This document shows positions 1 through 11,660 of a DNA stretch of 64,000 nucleotides, one piece after another; position 1 is the stretch's first letter; every line of letters starts with the position of its first letter. This DNA comes from Hemiscyllium ocellatum (Eukaryota), in the NCBI RefSeq assembly GCF_020745735.1, contig NC_083435.1:48484498-48548497 (forward strand), in the 5' to 3' direction. Below the pieces are notes generated by a model that saw only the letters and a program-made list of their open reading frames with translations, was not told the DNA's origin and did not search any database. The position numbers and the translations under genes are program-made.

Positions 1-260
1 CCTCATCTTCCTCCTGGGAACCCTCCAACCACAAGGGATGAACTCAGATTTCTCCAGTTTCCTCATTTCCCCTCCCCCCACCTTGTCTCAGTCGGTTCCC
101 TCAACTAAGCACCCCCCTCCTAACCTGCAATTTTCTTCCTAACCTCTCCGCCCCCACCCCACTCCGGCCTATCACCCTCACCTTGACCTCCTTACACCTA
201 TCGCATCTCCATCGCCCCTCCCTCAAGTCCCTCCTCCCTACCTTGTATCTTAGCCTGCAA
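1..260 (+). mobile_element. PLE 3' fragment (GIY-YIG C-terminus plus pyrimidine-rich 3' UTR), cut by the window edge
   Basis: Translates LIFLLGTLQPQGMNSDFSSFLISPPP, matching the PLE ORF ends at 6464-6560 (-) and 27940-28060 (+). Confidence 0.8.
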
Positions 261-573
261 CATCTCAAGAGTCAAGGAGGGAGGGAAGAGATCAGAGTCT
301 GAGAACAATGCACTGGATTGTTCCAATAATGGACCAGGAGTTTATATTTGGGTCTTTACAATCTTTCTCAAGATTGGATGAATTTTGAGTGTAGTTTGTC
401 TGATTCAAGCTGGTTTCTATCCTATTCTCACTATTAATCCTGGTAATTCTTTCTATCTGACTATGAATTCAATAAACCTTGTTGAACTAAATTACTGTCC
501 TCATTAATTAAATTCTGAAAAATAGGAAGCCATTGCCATGATTTCTGTCCACAAACTGCATTCCTTACCAAAC

Positions 574-652
574 AAGGGCTTATGCCCGAAACATCGATTC
601 TCCTGCTCCGCAGCCTGACCTGCTGTGCTTTTCGAGCAACACATTTTTCAGC
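574..652 (+). mobile_element. PLE terminal-repeat fragment
   Basis: aagggcttatgcccgaaacatcgattctcctgctcc...ttttcagc matches the PLE tail seen many times in the window. Confidence 0.7.
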
Positions 653-1649
653 AAATAATTTTAATGCCAATATCTGAAGCGGAATCAAACTGTTCACAAC
701 ACCAACAAGCACTTTTGCTCTAAGCTGATATCTATTCCATATTCTCTCCAGCACCAATCCTGTTAACTACCAACTCCACAATATCTCAAGTCTCTCCTTT
801 TGTCTCAGTCTAGCTGCTTGAATAACCATCATCTGCCCTTTTGTTACATCCAGATTCAACTGTTCCTATTCTCTTCCAGCCACAAATAATTTGACCAGAA
901 ACATAAAGTGTCCCCCTCAGAGGTGCTGACTTTTGGAGCCAGTGGGATTTTGATAATATCACTGCATTGCCATCAGAGCTCCAGGCTATTACTGTGGGTT
1001 CAAATCCCCTCCAGAACAGCTGGTGATTTTTGAATTTAATTAATTCGAATCTACACTCAGTAATAGCAACAACTTATTGTTGCAGAAATGCTGGGTCATT
1101 CATGCCCTTTTATGGAAGGATAGCTCCCACCCTTTCTGAATCTGATCTTATGATTCCAGACACTTACAAGTTCTCTGCCTCTTCATTGTCCATAGAATCA
1201 CCAAATATACCATTCAATTCAGGGCTTAGAATCATGGAATCAACAATACAAAGAGGCTTATCGAGTCTATCCTGCCACAAATACTCAACTACCTACACAA
1301 GTCTCACTTTCCAACATGAAGCATGTATCCTTCAATTTTATGACACTTCAGATGTTTACTTTTTGCAGGTTGTGAGGTCCCAACTCTCAACTACCATCCC
1401 AGTCAGTGCATCCCAGAATCCTACCACCTTCGAGGTGATTTTGTTTTCTCTCTCAGAAACCTTCTAAGCCTCCTACTTTTAACTTTAGAAATGTATGCCT
1501 TGTTTTTGGTCCTTCAATTAGTCTGAACAATCTAGTTCTACCCATCCTGTCCATGCTCCTGATAATCCTACACAGCTCAATTTTAGCTGCATCTACAAAC
1601 AGAGAGATCCAGGCTACAGTTCGACAGTTCCCTGAAAGTAGCAACGTAA

Positions 1650-2260
1650 ATGGTTAAGATTGTCAAGAAGGCAAATGGCATGCTTGCATTCTTTGGCCAG
1701 GGCGTGGAGGATTAAAATTGGTAAGACATTTATAGAACTTCAGTGAGGCCACATGTGGAATTTTGTGTATATTTCTGATCACCACACTACCAGAAAGATG
1801 TGGAGGCTTTGGTTTCCCAAGATGCTGCCTGGTTTGGAAGGTATTAGCAATGAGGAGAGATTGGACAAACTTATAGTGTTTTCACTTGAACGTTGATGGA
1901 TGAGGGGCGACTTGAAAGAAGTTGAAAAAATTATAAGAGGCATGGACAAAATGGATAGTCCGAGCCTTTTTCCCAGGATACTAATCTCAATTACAAGGGG
2001 CCGTAGTTTTAAGGGAAGAAGGGAAAGTTTAAAGGAGATGTGAGACAGCTTTTTTACACAGATGGTGATAAGTGCCTGGAATGCGCTTCCGAAACGTAAT
2101 GGTGGATGTGGTTACAATAGCAATTTCTTGAATAGGTAGGGAATCAAGGGATATGGACCATGAAAAGATAAAAGGTTTTTCATTTGGAAAGACATCAAGT
2201 GTGAGCACAGTCTTGGTGGGCTGAAGGGCCTGTTACTGTGCTGTACTGTTCTTTATTCTT
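1650..2260 (+). mobile_element. Degraded CR1 LINE 3' fragment
   Basis: Decayed RT C-terminal and 3' UTR sequence similar to the other CR1 copies, ending ggcctgttactgtgctgtactgttct. Confidence 0.65.
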
Positions 2261-2398
2261 TCTTCTCTGATTCCTCTATAGCTGTTTAAAAGAGTTGCAT
2301 CACCTCCTTGGTACACTGTGCAGTAAGCTCTAAGTGCTGAATGCAAGTTCCTATGCAACTCTTTAGAGGGGCTGAATGGTGTTTTCCTGTGCTTCAGT

Positions 2399-4735
2399 AA
2401 CATAGAACATAGAACATAGAACAATACAGCACAGAACAGGCCCTTCGGCCCACGATGTTGTGCCGAACATCTATCCTAGATTAAGCACCCATCCATGTAC
2501 CTATCCAATTGCCACTTAAAGGTCGTCAATGATTCTGACTCTACCACTCCCACGGGCAGCGCATTCCATGCCCCCACCACTCTCTGGGTAAAGAACCCTA
2601 CCCTGACATCTCCCCTATACCTTCCACCCTTCACCTTAAATTTATGTCCCCTTGTAATACTCTGTTGTACCCGGGGAAGAAGTTTCTGACTGTCTACTCT
2701 ATCTATTCCTCTGATCATCTTATAAACCTCTATCAAGTCACCCCTCATCCTTCGCCGTTCCAACGAGAAAAGGCCGAGAACTCTCAACCTGTCCTCGTAC
2801 GACCTATTCTCCATTCCAGGCAACATCCTGGTAAATCTTCTCTGCACCCTCTCCAAAGCTTCCACATCTTTCCTAAAGTGAGGTGACCAGAACTGCATAC
2901 AGTACTCCAAATGTGGCCTAACCAAAGTCCTGTACAGCTGCAACATCACTTCACGACTCTTGAATTCAATCCCTCTGCTAATGAACGCTAATACACCATA
3001 GGCCTTCTTACAAGCTCTATCCACCTGAGTGGCAACTTTCAAAGAGCTATGTACATATACCCCAAGATTCCTCTGTTCCTCCACCTGACTAAGAACTCTA
3101 CCGTTAACCCTGTATTCCGCATTCTTATTCGTTCTTCCAAAATGGACAACCTCACACTTGGCAGGGTTGAACTCCATCTGCCACTCCTCAGCCCAGCTCT
3201 GCATCATATCTAAGTCCCTTTGCAGCCGACAACAGCCCTCCTCACTGTCCACAACTCCACCAATCTTCGTATCATCTGCAAATTTACTGACACATCCCTC
3301 GACTCCCTCATCCAAGTCATTAATAAAAATTACAAACAGCAGAGGCCCCAGAACTGATCCCTGCGGAACTCCACTTGTAACTGGGCTCCAGGCTGAATAT
3401 TTACCATCTACCACCACTCTCTGACTTCGACCGGTTAGCCAGTTTTCTATCCAATTGGCCAAATTTCCCTCTATCCCATGCCTCCTGACTTTCCGCATAA
3501 GCCCACCATGGGGAACCTTATCAAATGCCTTACTAAAATCCATGTACACTACATCCACTGCTCTACCCTCATCCACATGCTTGGTCACCTCCTCAAAGAA
3601 TTCAATAAGACTTGTAAGGCAAGACCTACCCTTCACAAATCCGTGTTGGCTGTCCCTAATCAAGCAGTGTCTTTCCAGATACTCATAAATCCTATCCCTC
3701 AGTACCCTTTCCATTACTTTGCCTACCACAGAAGTAAGACTAACTGGCCTGTAATTCCCGGGGTTATCCCTATTTCCTTTTTTGAACAGGGGGACAACAT
3801 TCGCTACTCTCCAGTCCCCTGGTACCACCCCCGTTGACAGTGAAGACGAGAAGATCATTGCCAACGGTACTGCAATTTCCTCTCTTGATTCTCACATAAT
3901 CCTAGGATATATCCCGTCAGGCCCGGGGGACTTGTCTATCCTCAAGTTGTTCAAAATGTCCAACACATCTTCCTTCCTAACAAGTATCTCTTCTAGCTTA
4001 CCAATCCGTTTCACACTCTCCTCTTCAACAATACGGTCCCTCTCGTTCGTAAATACTGAAGAAAAGTACTTGTTCAAGACCTCTCCTATCTCTTCCGACT
4101 CAATACACAATCTCCCACTACTGTCCTTGATCGGACCTACGCTCGTTCTCGTCATTCTCATGTTTCTCACATACGCATAAAATGCCTTGGGGTTATCCTT
4201 GATCCTATCCGCCAAGGATTTTTCATGCCCTCTCTTAGCTCCCCTAATCCCTTTCTTCAGGTCCCTTCTGGCTATCCTGTATCCCTCCGCTGCTCTGAAC
4301 CCTGTTTCCTCAACCTTATGTAAGCCTCCTTCTTCCTCTTTACTAGACATTCAACCTCCCTCGTCAACCAAGGCTCCCTCACACGACCATTTCTTTCCTG
4401 CCTGGTAGGTACATACATATCAAGGACGCGTCGTATCTGCTCCTTGAAAAAGTTCCACATTTCCACCACATCCTTCCCTGACAGCCTATGCTTCCAACTT
4501 ATGCTCCTCAAATCCTGTCTTAAAGCATCGTAATTTCCCTTCCCCCAATTGTAAAATCTACCTTGTTGTGCGCACCTACCTCTCTCCATAACCAAGGTGA
4601 AAGTCACAGAATTGTGGTCACCATCACCAAAATGTTAACCCACTAACAAGCCCATCACTTGTCCCGGCTCATTACCGAGTACCAAATCCAATATGGCCTC
4701 CCCTCTGGTTGGACAATCTACATACTGAGTTAGAA
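2399..4735 (-). mobile_element. 5'-truncated CR1 (HER1-like) LINE, relatively young
   Basis: (CATAGAA)n tail at 2399-2422. ORF2 pieces: TQYVDCPTRGEAILDLVLG (endonuclease end), REPWL linker, KSPGPDG, one W-to-stop at about 3892, then the RT. Confidence 0.92.
2476..3864 (-). CDS. CR1 ORF2 reverse transcriptase portion (462 aa, uninterrupted, but within a truncated element)
   Basis: Motifs NYRPVSLTS, QHGF, YMDFSKAFDKVPH, GVPQGSVLGPLLF, KFADDTK. Confidence 0.85.
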   Translation of the reverse strand: MAMIFSSSLSTGVVPGDWRVANVVPLFKKGNRDNPGNYRPVSLTSVVGKVMERVLRDRIYEYLERHCLIRDSQHGFVKGRSCLTSLIEFFEEVTKHVDEGRAVDVVYMDFSKAFDKVPHGGLMRKVRRHGIEGNLANWIENWLTGRSQRVVVDGKYSAWSPVTSGVPQGSVLGPLLFVIFINDLDEGVEGCVSKFADDTKIGGVVDSEEGCCRLQRDLDMMQSWAEEWQMEFNPAKCEVVHFGRTNKNAEYRVNGRVLSQVEEQRNLGVYVHSSLKVATQVDRACKKAYGVLAFISRGIEFKSREVMLQLYRTLVRPHLEYCMQFWSPHFRKDVEALERVQRRFTRMLPGMENRSYEDRLRVLGLFSLERRRMRGDLIEVYKMIRGIDRVDSQKLLPRVQQSITRGHKFKVKGGRYRGDVRVGFFTQRVVGAWNALPVGVVESESLTTFKWQLDRYMDGCLI

Positions 4736-5147
4736 CAGCCTTGAGCAATTCAGTGAGTGACGTGTTGTGTGACATTACATGGGATGTCGGAGCACCAGTT
4801 GGCCATTCGGTCCCTGCTACACCATTCAGACAGATCAGAGCTGATCTGACTGTGGCTGAACTCCCTGTCCATCTCTGTTCCCAATAAACATGGGCTTCCT
4901 TGATCATCAAGGTTCTACTGAATAAGCCTTGAATATCTTCTCTGCTCCCTGCAGATGAGAATGCCACAGTTAGCACATCCCTGAGGACAAAGGAGCATCC
5001 TCATCTCAATCTAAAATGGAAGCACCCTTACACAAACTAGAATCAAGCCCACGTCCCAGGCACTGTGAGGCAGCAGTACTAACCATTAAGGCACCATAAC
5101 TTTGCCTCCAAATTAATGTATAATTTGTTTGTTTGCCTTCCTCACAG

Positions 5148-5975
5148 TTAATGTAATGATGATCTTCATGGTGCTTGATAAAGATTGTGGATTGTCCCCA
5201 TGTGATACCCGTTACCTGGTGGCCATGGCAGTGACAGATCTACTGGTCGTTATTCTCAACCTGATATTGAGAAACATCCGATTGATTATTGAGAACACAA
5301 CAGTTTCCTGTTGGGCATCCCCATTTGTAATATCTATGCCGTACTGCTTTATATCGGTCGGACGGTCCTGTCTGGTTTGCCATCACTTTCAGATTCGATT
5401 GATTTGTGGCCATTTGTTGCCAGAAGCAGAAAATTAAATATTGCAGTTGGAAAACTGCTCTGGGAACAGCGACTGTGCTGAGCTGTTTAAAGAACATCTT
5501 CTGGTATTTTATTCTCCCAGCTCGGTATTGGCTGGATAACACCCCCTGGCTTTGTGATGTAACAATCGATGTTTATTACTCTTGAGACTGGGTCATAATT
5601 GAGTTCCTCCACCACATTCTAACCCGACTTTCCAATTTCCCCTGATTCTGCTGCTCAATGTTTTCAGCATCAGACACATGTTAATGACCAGCAGAGCCCA
5701 CAGGAGACCAGTGGAGAGTCTCACAGGGACACCGAGATGCAAAGGCTGAAGTAAATCCATCTTGTTACTGTTAGTGTTAACAATGTATTCAATATGGAGC
5801 CAAATGTTTGTGATAGGCTATTGGTCTACGTATCTACATGAATTATGCTGGATTCATGATGCAGTTTCTCAATCGCTGCATGGCATTTTTGCCATGACCC
5901 TGACAAAGTTCAGGCAGTAACTGAAGAAGGTGCTGAACTATCCCTTCACTCAAATCAATGAATGAATCAATCAGA
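5148..5975 (+). pseudogene. GPR139-like class A GPCR pseudogene, main exon with frameshifts and stops
   Basis: Acceptor ttcctcacag at 5138-5147. Motifs CGLSPCDTRYLVAMAVTDLLVVIL, DxFVAICCQK, KYC, LSCLKNIFWYF, LILLLNV, RDTEMQR, TKFRQ, spread over several frames. Confidence 0.75.
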
Positions 5976-6121
5976 TTCATTTGGTGTGTACTTATTGGGC
6001 CGAACGACCAGTTTCCACACTGTAGGGATTCTATGAGGACATAGATATGTCAGTGTTCAACTGGTGTGGCCAAATTTAAAAGTCACACAACATCTGTTTA
6101 TAGTTCAACAGCTTTATTTGG

Positions 6122-9100
6122 AAGGTAAAAACAATGACTGCAGATGCTGGAAACCAAATTCTGGATTAGTGGTGCTGGAAGAGCACAACAGTTCAGGCAG
6201 CATCCAACGAGCAGCGAAATCGACGTTTCGGGCAAAAGTGCTTCATCAGGAATAAAGGTAGTGAGCCTGAAGCGTGGAGAGATAAGTTTTGGGGAGGGTG
6301 GGGGTGGGGAGAGAGTAGCATAGAGTACAATGGGTGAGTGGGGGAGGAGATGAAGGTGATAGGTCAGGGAGGAGAGGGTGGAGTGCATAGGTGGAAAAGG
6401 AGCTAGGCAGGTCGAACAAGTCTGGACAAATCATGGGGACAGTGCTGAGCTGGAAGTTTGAAACTAGGATGAGGTGGAGGAAGGGGAAATGAGGAAATTG
6501 TTGAAGTCCACATTCATGCCCTGGGGTTGAAGTGTTCCGAGGCAGAAGATGAGGCGTTCTTCCTCCAGGCGTCTGGTGGTGAGGGAGCGGCGGTGAAGGA
6601 GGCCCAGGACCTCCATGTCCTCTGCAGAGTGGGAGGGGAGTTGAAATGTTGGGCGGTGTGGTTGATTGGTGCTGGTGTCTCGGAGATGTTCCCTAAAGCG
6701 CTCTGCTAGGAGGTGCCCAGTCTCCCCAGTGTAGAGGAGACCGCATCGGGAGAACGGATACAATAAATGATATTAGTGGATGTGCAGGTAAAACTTTGAT
6801 GGATGTGGAAGGCTCCTTTACGTCTTTGGATAGAGGTGAGGGAGGAGGTATGGGCACAGGTTTTACAGTTCCTGCGGTGGCAGGAGCAAGTGCCAGGATG
6901 GGAGGGTGGGTTGTAGGGGGGTGTGGACCTGACCAGGTAGTCACGGAGGGAACGGTCTTTGCGGAAGGCAGAAAGGGCTGGGCAGGGAAATATATCCCTG
7001 GTGGTGGGGTCTTTTTGGATGTGGCGGAAATGTTGTTGGATGATTTGGTTTATGCGAATGTTTGTAGGGTGGAAGGTGAGCACCAGGGGCGTTCTGTCCA
7101 TGTTACGGTTGGAAGGGTGGGGTCTGAGGGCGGAGGTGCGGGATGTGGACGAGATGCATTGGATTGCACCTTTATCCACATGGGAAGGGAAATTGCGGTC
7201 TCTAAAGAAGGAGGCCATCTGGTGTGTTCTATGGTGGAACTGGTCCTCCTGGGAGCAGATACGGCAGAGGCGGAGGAATTGGGAATACGGGATAGCATTT
7301 TTGCAAGAGATAGGGTGGGAAGAGGTATAATCCAAGTAGCTGTGGGAGTCGTTGGGTTTGTAAAAAATATCAGTTTCAAGTCGGTGGAATGTGTTGGTGA
7401 AGTTGATGAATTGCTCAACCTCCTCGCGGGAGCACGAGGTGGCACCAATGCAGTCATCAATGTAGCGGAGGAACAGGTGGGAGTGGTGCCGGTGTAATTA
7501 CCGAAGATCAACTGTTCTACGTAGCCAACAAAGAGACAGACATAGCTGGGGCCCATACGGGTGCCCATGGCTATCCCTTTGGTCTGAAGGAAGTGGGAGG
7601 ATTCAAATGAGAAATTGTTAAGCGTGAGGACCAGTTTGACCAAACAAATGAGAGTGTCGGTGGAAGGGTACTGTTGGGGACGTCTGGAGAGGAAAAAACG
7701 GAGGGCTTGGAGGCCCTGGTCATGGTCGATGGAGGTGTAGAGGCATTGGATATCCATGGTGAAGATGAGGCATTGTGGGCGGGGAAACGTAAGTCTTGGA
7801 GGAGGTGGAGGACATGGGTGTTGTCTCGAACATATGTGGGGAGTTCCTGGACTAGGGGGGATTGGACAGTGTCGAGGTAGGTAGAGATGAGTTCAGTGGG
7901 GCAGGAGCATGCTGAGACAATGGGTCGGCCAGGGTGGTCAGGCTTGTGGATCTTGGGAAGGAGGTAGAACCAGGCAGTGCAGGGTTCCCAGACTATGAGG
8001 TTGGAAGCTGTGGGTGGGAGATTTCCTGAGGTGATGAGTTTCTGTGTGGTCTGGGAGATGATGGTTTGGTGATGGGGGGTGGGGTCATGGTCGAGGCGGC
8101 AGTAGGAAGAGGTGTCCTCGAGTTGGCGTTTGGCTTCAGCGGTGTAGAGGTCAGTGCGCCAGACTACCACTGCACCCCCTTTATCCGCTGGCTTAATGGT
8201 GAGGTTGGGATTGGAGCAGAGGGATTGGAGTGCTGCGCGTTGTGAGGATGAGAGGTTAGAGTGGGGGAGGGGTGTAGACAGGTTGAAGCTGTTAATGTCC
8301 TGGCGGCAGTTGGAAATGAAGAGGTCGAGGGCAGGTAATAGGCCAACGCGGGGTGTCCAGGTGGATGCAGTGTGTTGGAGATGGGCGAAGGGATCCTCGG
8401 AAGGTGGGCGGGAGTCCTGATTGTGAAAGTAAGCTCAGAGGCGGAGGCGACGGAAGAATTGTTCGACGTCACGGCGTGTATTAAATTCATTGATGCGTGG
8501 ATGGAGGGGGATGAAGGTGAGTCCTTTGCTGAGGACTGATCGTTCGTCCTCAGTGAGGAGGAGGTCTGGAGGGATGGTGAAAACTCGGCAAGGCTGGGAG
8601 CTGGGATCTGGTGTGGGTGTAGAGCTGGGAGTGGGGTCGAAGCCAGGACCTGGAATGGGTGTGATGGTCCGCGGAAATGGGGGTGGAGTCATGAGCAGGG
8701 GTAATGTTCCCCTTAGGATTCTGGGGGGTGGGGATAGTGACAGTGGGGTCTGTGGGGAGCGTGTCAGCAGAATGCAGGTGAGTGGCGCTGGTGGGGGTGG
8801 AAGTGTTGGTAGACACAGCAGTAGGGGTGGCGGATGTCACTGAGTGTGTGGCATCAGCGATGATGTGAGGGGTGGGAGTGGCCGTGATAGGGGCGGAAGT
8901 GACATCATCAATCAGCGTGGGGGTGGTAGCTGCATCAGTCACATGGTTAATGGCGTTTCCGAGGCCAGGTGAATCTTCTGGAATGTTTGAGGAGCACTGG
9001 TCATGGAGATGGTTGGATAAAAGTTTGTTGTACTTATAGTTTTTGATGTTTGAGATGGAGTTGAAATGCTGTTTGTTAAGAGTATGAATTCTCCTGAGGA

Positions 9101-9570
9101 TGTAGTACAGAGTGGGTTCTTTGCAATTCTGAGAGAGTGTGGCCTTTAGCAGAGGCAGGGCTGACTGTAGAGAGGTTAGGTGCCGGAGCATTGCTGCGAG
9201 TGTGGAGCCGAGGATCCTGAAAGAGAACTGTTGCTGGTGTTTTTGAATCTGTAGTACTGTTTTGTACTGTTTGTCCTGTTCGGGTCCGAATTCTGCTGGT
9301 TTAAAGGTAGTTCGGAGTCCGTGTGGGATGAGTTGGTTACGGAGGCAGGCACTGAGGAAGCAAATGTGGCTGTGGTACTGAGTTTGTTTCACGACATGGT
9401 TGAAGAGCTTCAGGGCAGAGGAAATGACCTGGGAGTTGCAGTGGGAGAGGGGCTCCCTGAGATTCTTGTAGAGAGAGGAGGAAAACTTCTTCAAGGCAGG
9501 CATCCTTGCAAGAGGATTCACAGTAGGGTTAAAATCAACAAGGTAAAAACAATGACTGCAGATGCTGGAA
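6122..9570 (-). mobile_element. Near full-length PLE with a decayed single ORF (N-terminal region, RT, GIY-YIG)
   Basis: LSKGLTFIP/FFRRLRL (8435-8692), LPKIHKP..PGRPIVS (7571-8170), MDIQCLYTSI and KGIAMGTRMGPSY (7050-7757), GIY-YIG-like CGLLYTGETG..ERFREH (6464-6763). A 31-bp direct repeat lies at 6122-6152 and 9540-9570 (partial pseudo-LTR). Confidence 0.92.
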
Positions 9571-9700
9571 GCACACTAGCTTTCAAGAGCTTCATTAGGT
9601 AGCTAGTTGGGCAAGATCATGGGACACAGAATTTACTATAAATTCGGTGTCCTGTGATCCTGCCCCACTAACTACCTGATTGAGGAGCAGCGTCCAGTCA
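9571..9700. repeat. Hairpin derived from a second PLE family (B), fused to the 5' end of the large PLE
   Basis: aggtgagctagttgggcaagatcatgggacacagaattta and taaattcggtgtcctgtgatcctgccccactaactacct are inverted arms, flanked by degenerate family-B hammerhead remnants. Confidence 0.7.
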
Positions 9701-9769
9701 GTCCAGGATTTTCTCATTTTAATTCAAATTCACAGCATTGAAACAGCCTATCACAATGGTAACAAAGTG

Positions 9770-11045
9770 AGGACAGGTGACTGAGGTGTCAGTGGGGGAG
9801 CACTTTGGGACCAGTGACCAAAGTTCTATTAATTTTAAAATAGCAATGGTTTTGTGTGTCAGAAATCATGTCACACGAACTTGACTGACTTTTTTTTGAA
9901 GAAGCAACAAAGAGGATTGATGAGGGCAGAGCGGTGAACGGGATCTGTATGGACTTCAGTAAGGTGTTTGACAAGGTTCCCCGTGGGATACTGGTTAGCA
10001 AGCTTAGATCATATGGAATACAGAGAAAACTAGCCATTTGAATTGGCTCAAAAGCAAGAGGTAGTGGTGTAAGGTTGCTTTTCAGGCTGGAGGCCTATGA
10101 CCAGTGGTGTGCTACAAGGATCAGTGTTGAATCCACTGCTTTTCATCATTTATATAAATGATTTGGATGCAAACGTAGGAGGTATAGTTAATAAGTTTGC
10201 AGATGGCAACAAAATTGGAGGTGCAGTGGACAGTGAAGAAGGTTACCTCAGATTACAATGAGATCTTGATCAGGTGGGCCAATGGGCGGAGGAGTGGCAG
10301 TTTGAGTTTAATTTAGATAAATGTGAGGTGCTGCATTTTGGAAAAGCAAATCAGAGCAGGACTTATTCGTAAGGGTGTGTTGCTGAACAAAGAGACGCTG
10401 GAGTGCAGCTTCATAGTTCTTTGAAAGTAGAGTTGCAGGCAGATAAGATAAGAAGGCATTTGGTATGCTTTCCTTTATTGGTCAGAGTATTGAGTGTAGG
10501 AATTGGGAGGTCATGTTGTGGCTGCACAGGACATTGGTTAGGCCACGTGCAATTCTGGTCTCCTTCCTATCGAAGAATGTTGTGAATCTTGAAAGGGATC
10601 AGAAAAGATTTACAAAGATATTGCCAGAGTGGAGGATTTGGGCTATAGGGAGAGGCTGAAATAGGCTGGGGCTGTTTTCCCTGGAGCGTCGGAGGCTTCT
10701 CAACTTTCATAAAATCATGAGGGGCATGGATCGGACAAAGTCTTTTCCCTGGGGCGAGAGAGGGCATAGACTTAGAGTGAAAGGGAAAGATAATAAAATG
10801 GACCGAAGGAGACAACCTTTTCACATAGAGGATGGTGTGTGTATGGAATGAGCTACCAGAGGAAGTGGTGGAGATTGATACAATTACAGCATTTAAAAGG
10901 CATCTGGACTGGTATATGAATAGTAAGGTTTGGAGGGATACGGGCCAAGTGCTGGCAAATGAGACTAGTTTAGGTTAGGATAACTGGTTGGCATGAATGA
11001 GTTGGACCAAAGGGTTTGTTTCCATGCTGTACATCTCTATGACTA
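9770..11045 (+). mobile_element. Degraded CR1 LINE (RT to 3' end)
   Basis: Decayed MDFSKVFDKVP, KFAD and HFG motifs; 3' end gtttccatgctgtacatctctatgact. Confidence 0.8.
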
Positions 11046-11574
11046 AGTGCAGTATAACAGAGCATACAGGGCTCCCTTAGTGACAACAGGTGAGTGTTTG
11101 CACTTTGGTGATATTTGCACTGTAAATCTACATATCTGTACATGACAAACACCTCAACGTACAGAGACCAGGCGGGCAATCTGTCAAGACTTGAATTCTC
11201 TAACCAGAGACTGTGAGAACGAGAACATTTCTAGGAGGCATGGAAGATGAATGTTGCTTTACAAATCAAAACACGTGTATCCTTCAGTTCCTTTGTTTAA
11301 AAAATACTTTCTCATTTAAACTGACTAACAGTTCCAGTATCCACTGTCATTTGTGGAAGAGAGTTCCAAACCTCTCCCATCCTTTGTATGTAGAAGTGCT
11401 TCCGAACATTTCTCCTGAATGCTCTGGCTCTCATTCTCAGACTGTGCCCCCTCTTTAGAGAATTGCCAACCAATGGAAATCATTTATCTTTTTCTGTTAA
11501 TGTCTTGAAGGACTTCACTCAGATCATCCTTCAAGATTTTTGTGAACACAGACTTCAATTGTATATTTTTAAAA

Positions 11575-11660
11575 AATGAAATTGTTCAACAGGTCTGGCA
11601 AGCATCTGTGAGAGGCAAAGCAGAGTTAATGTTTCAAGTCCGGAGACCCTTCTTCAGATC
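11575..11660 (-). mobile_element. PLE tail of a third family, with a hammerhead remnant
   Basis: Reverse complement reads ctgaagaagggtctccggacttgaaacattaactctg..gatgcttgccagacctg. Confidence 0.55.

Noticed and set aside
1030-1467. 145-aa ORF, and other short ORFs such as 19549-19938 and 53370-53639
   Set aside because: No recognisable domain or exon structure; several overlap reverse-read LINE remnants.
8550-8692. Programmed frameshift between a PLE ORF1 and ORF2
   Set aside because: The element has several other frameshifts and a CGA-to-TGA stop at about 8435, so decay of one ORF is the simpler explanation.
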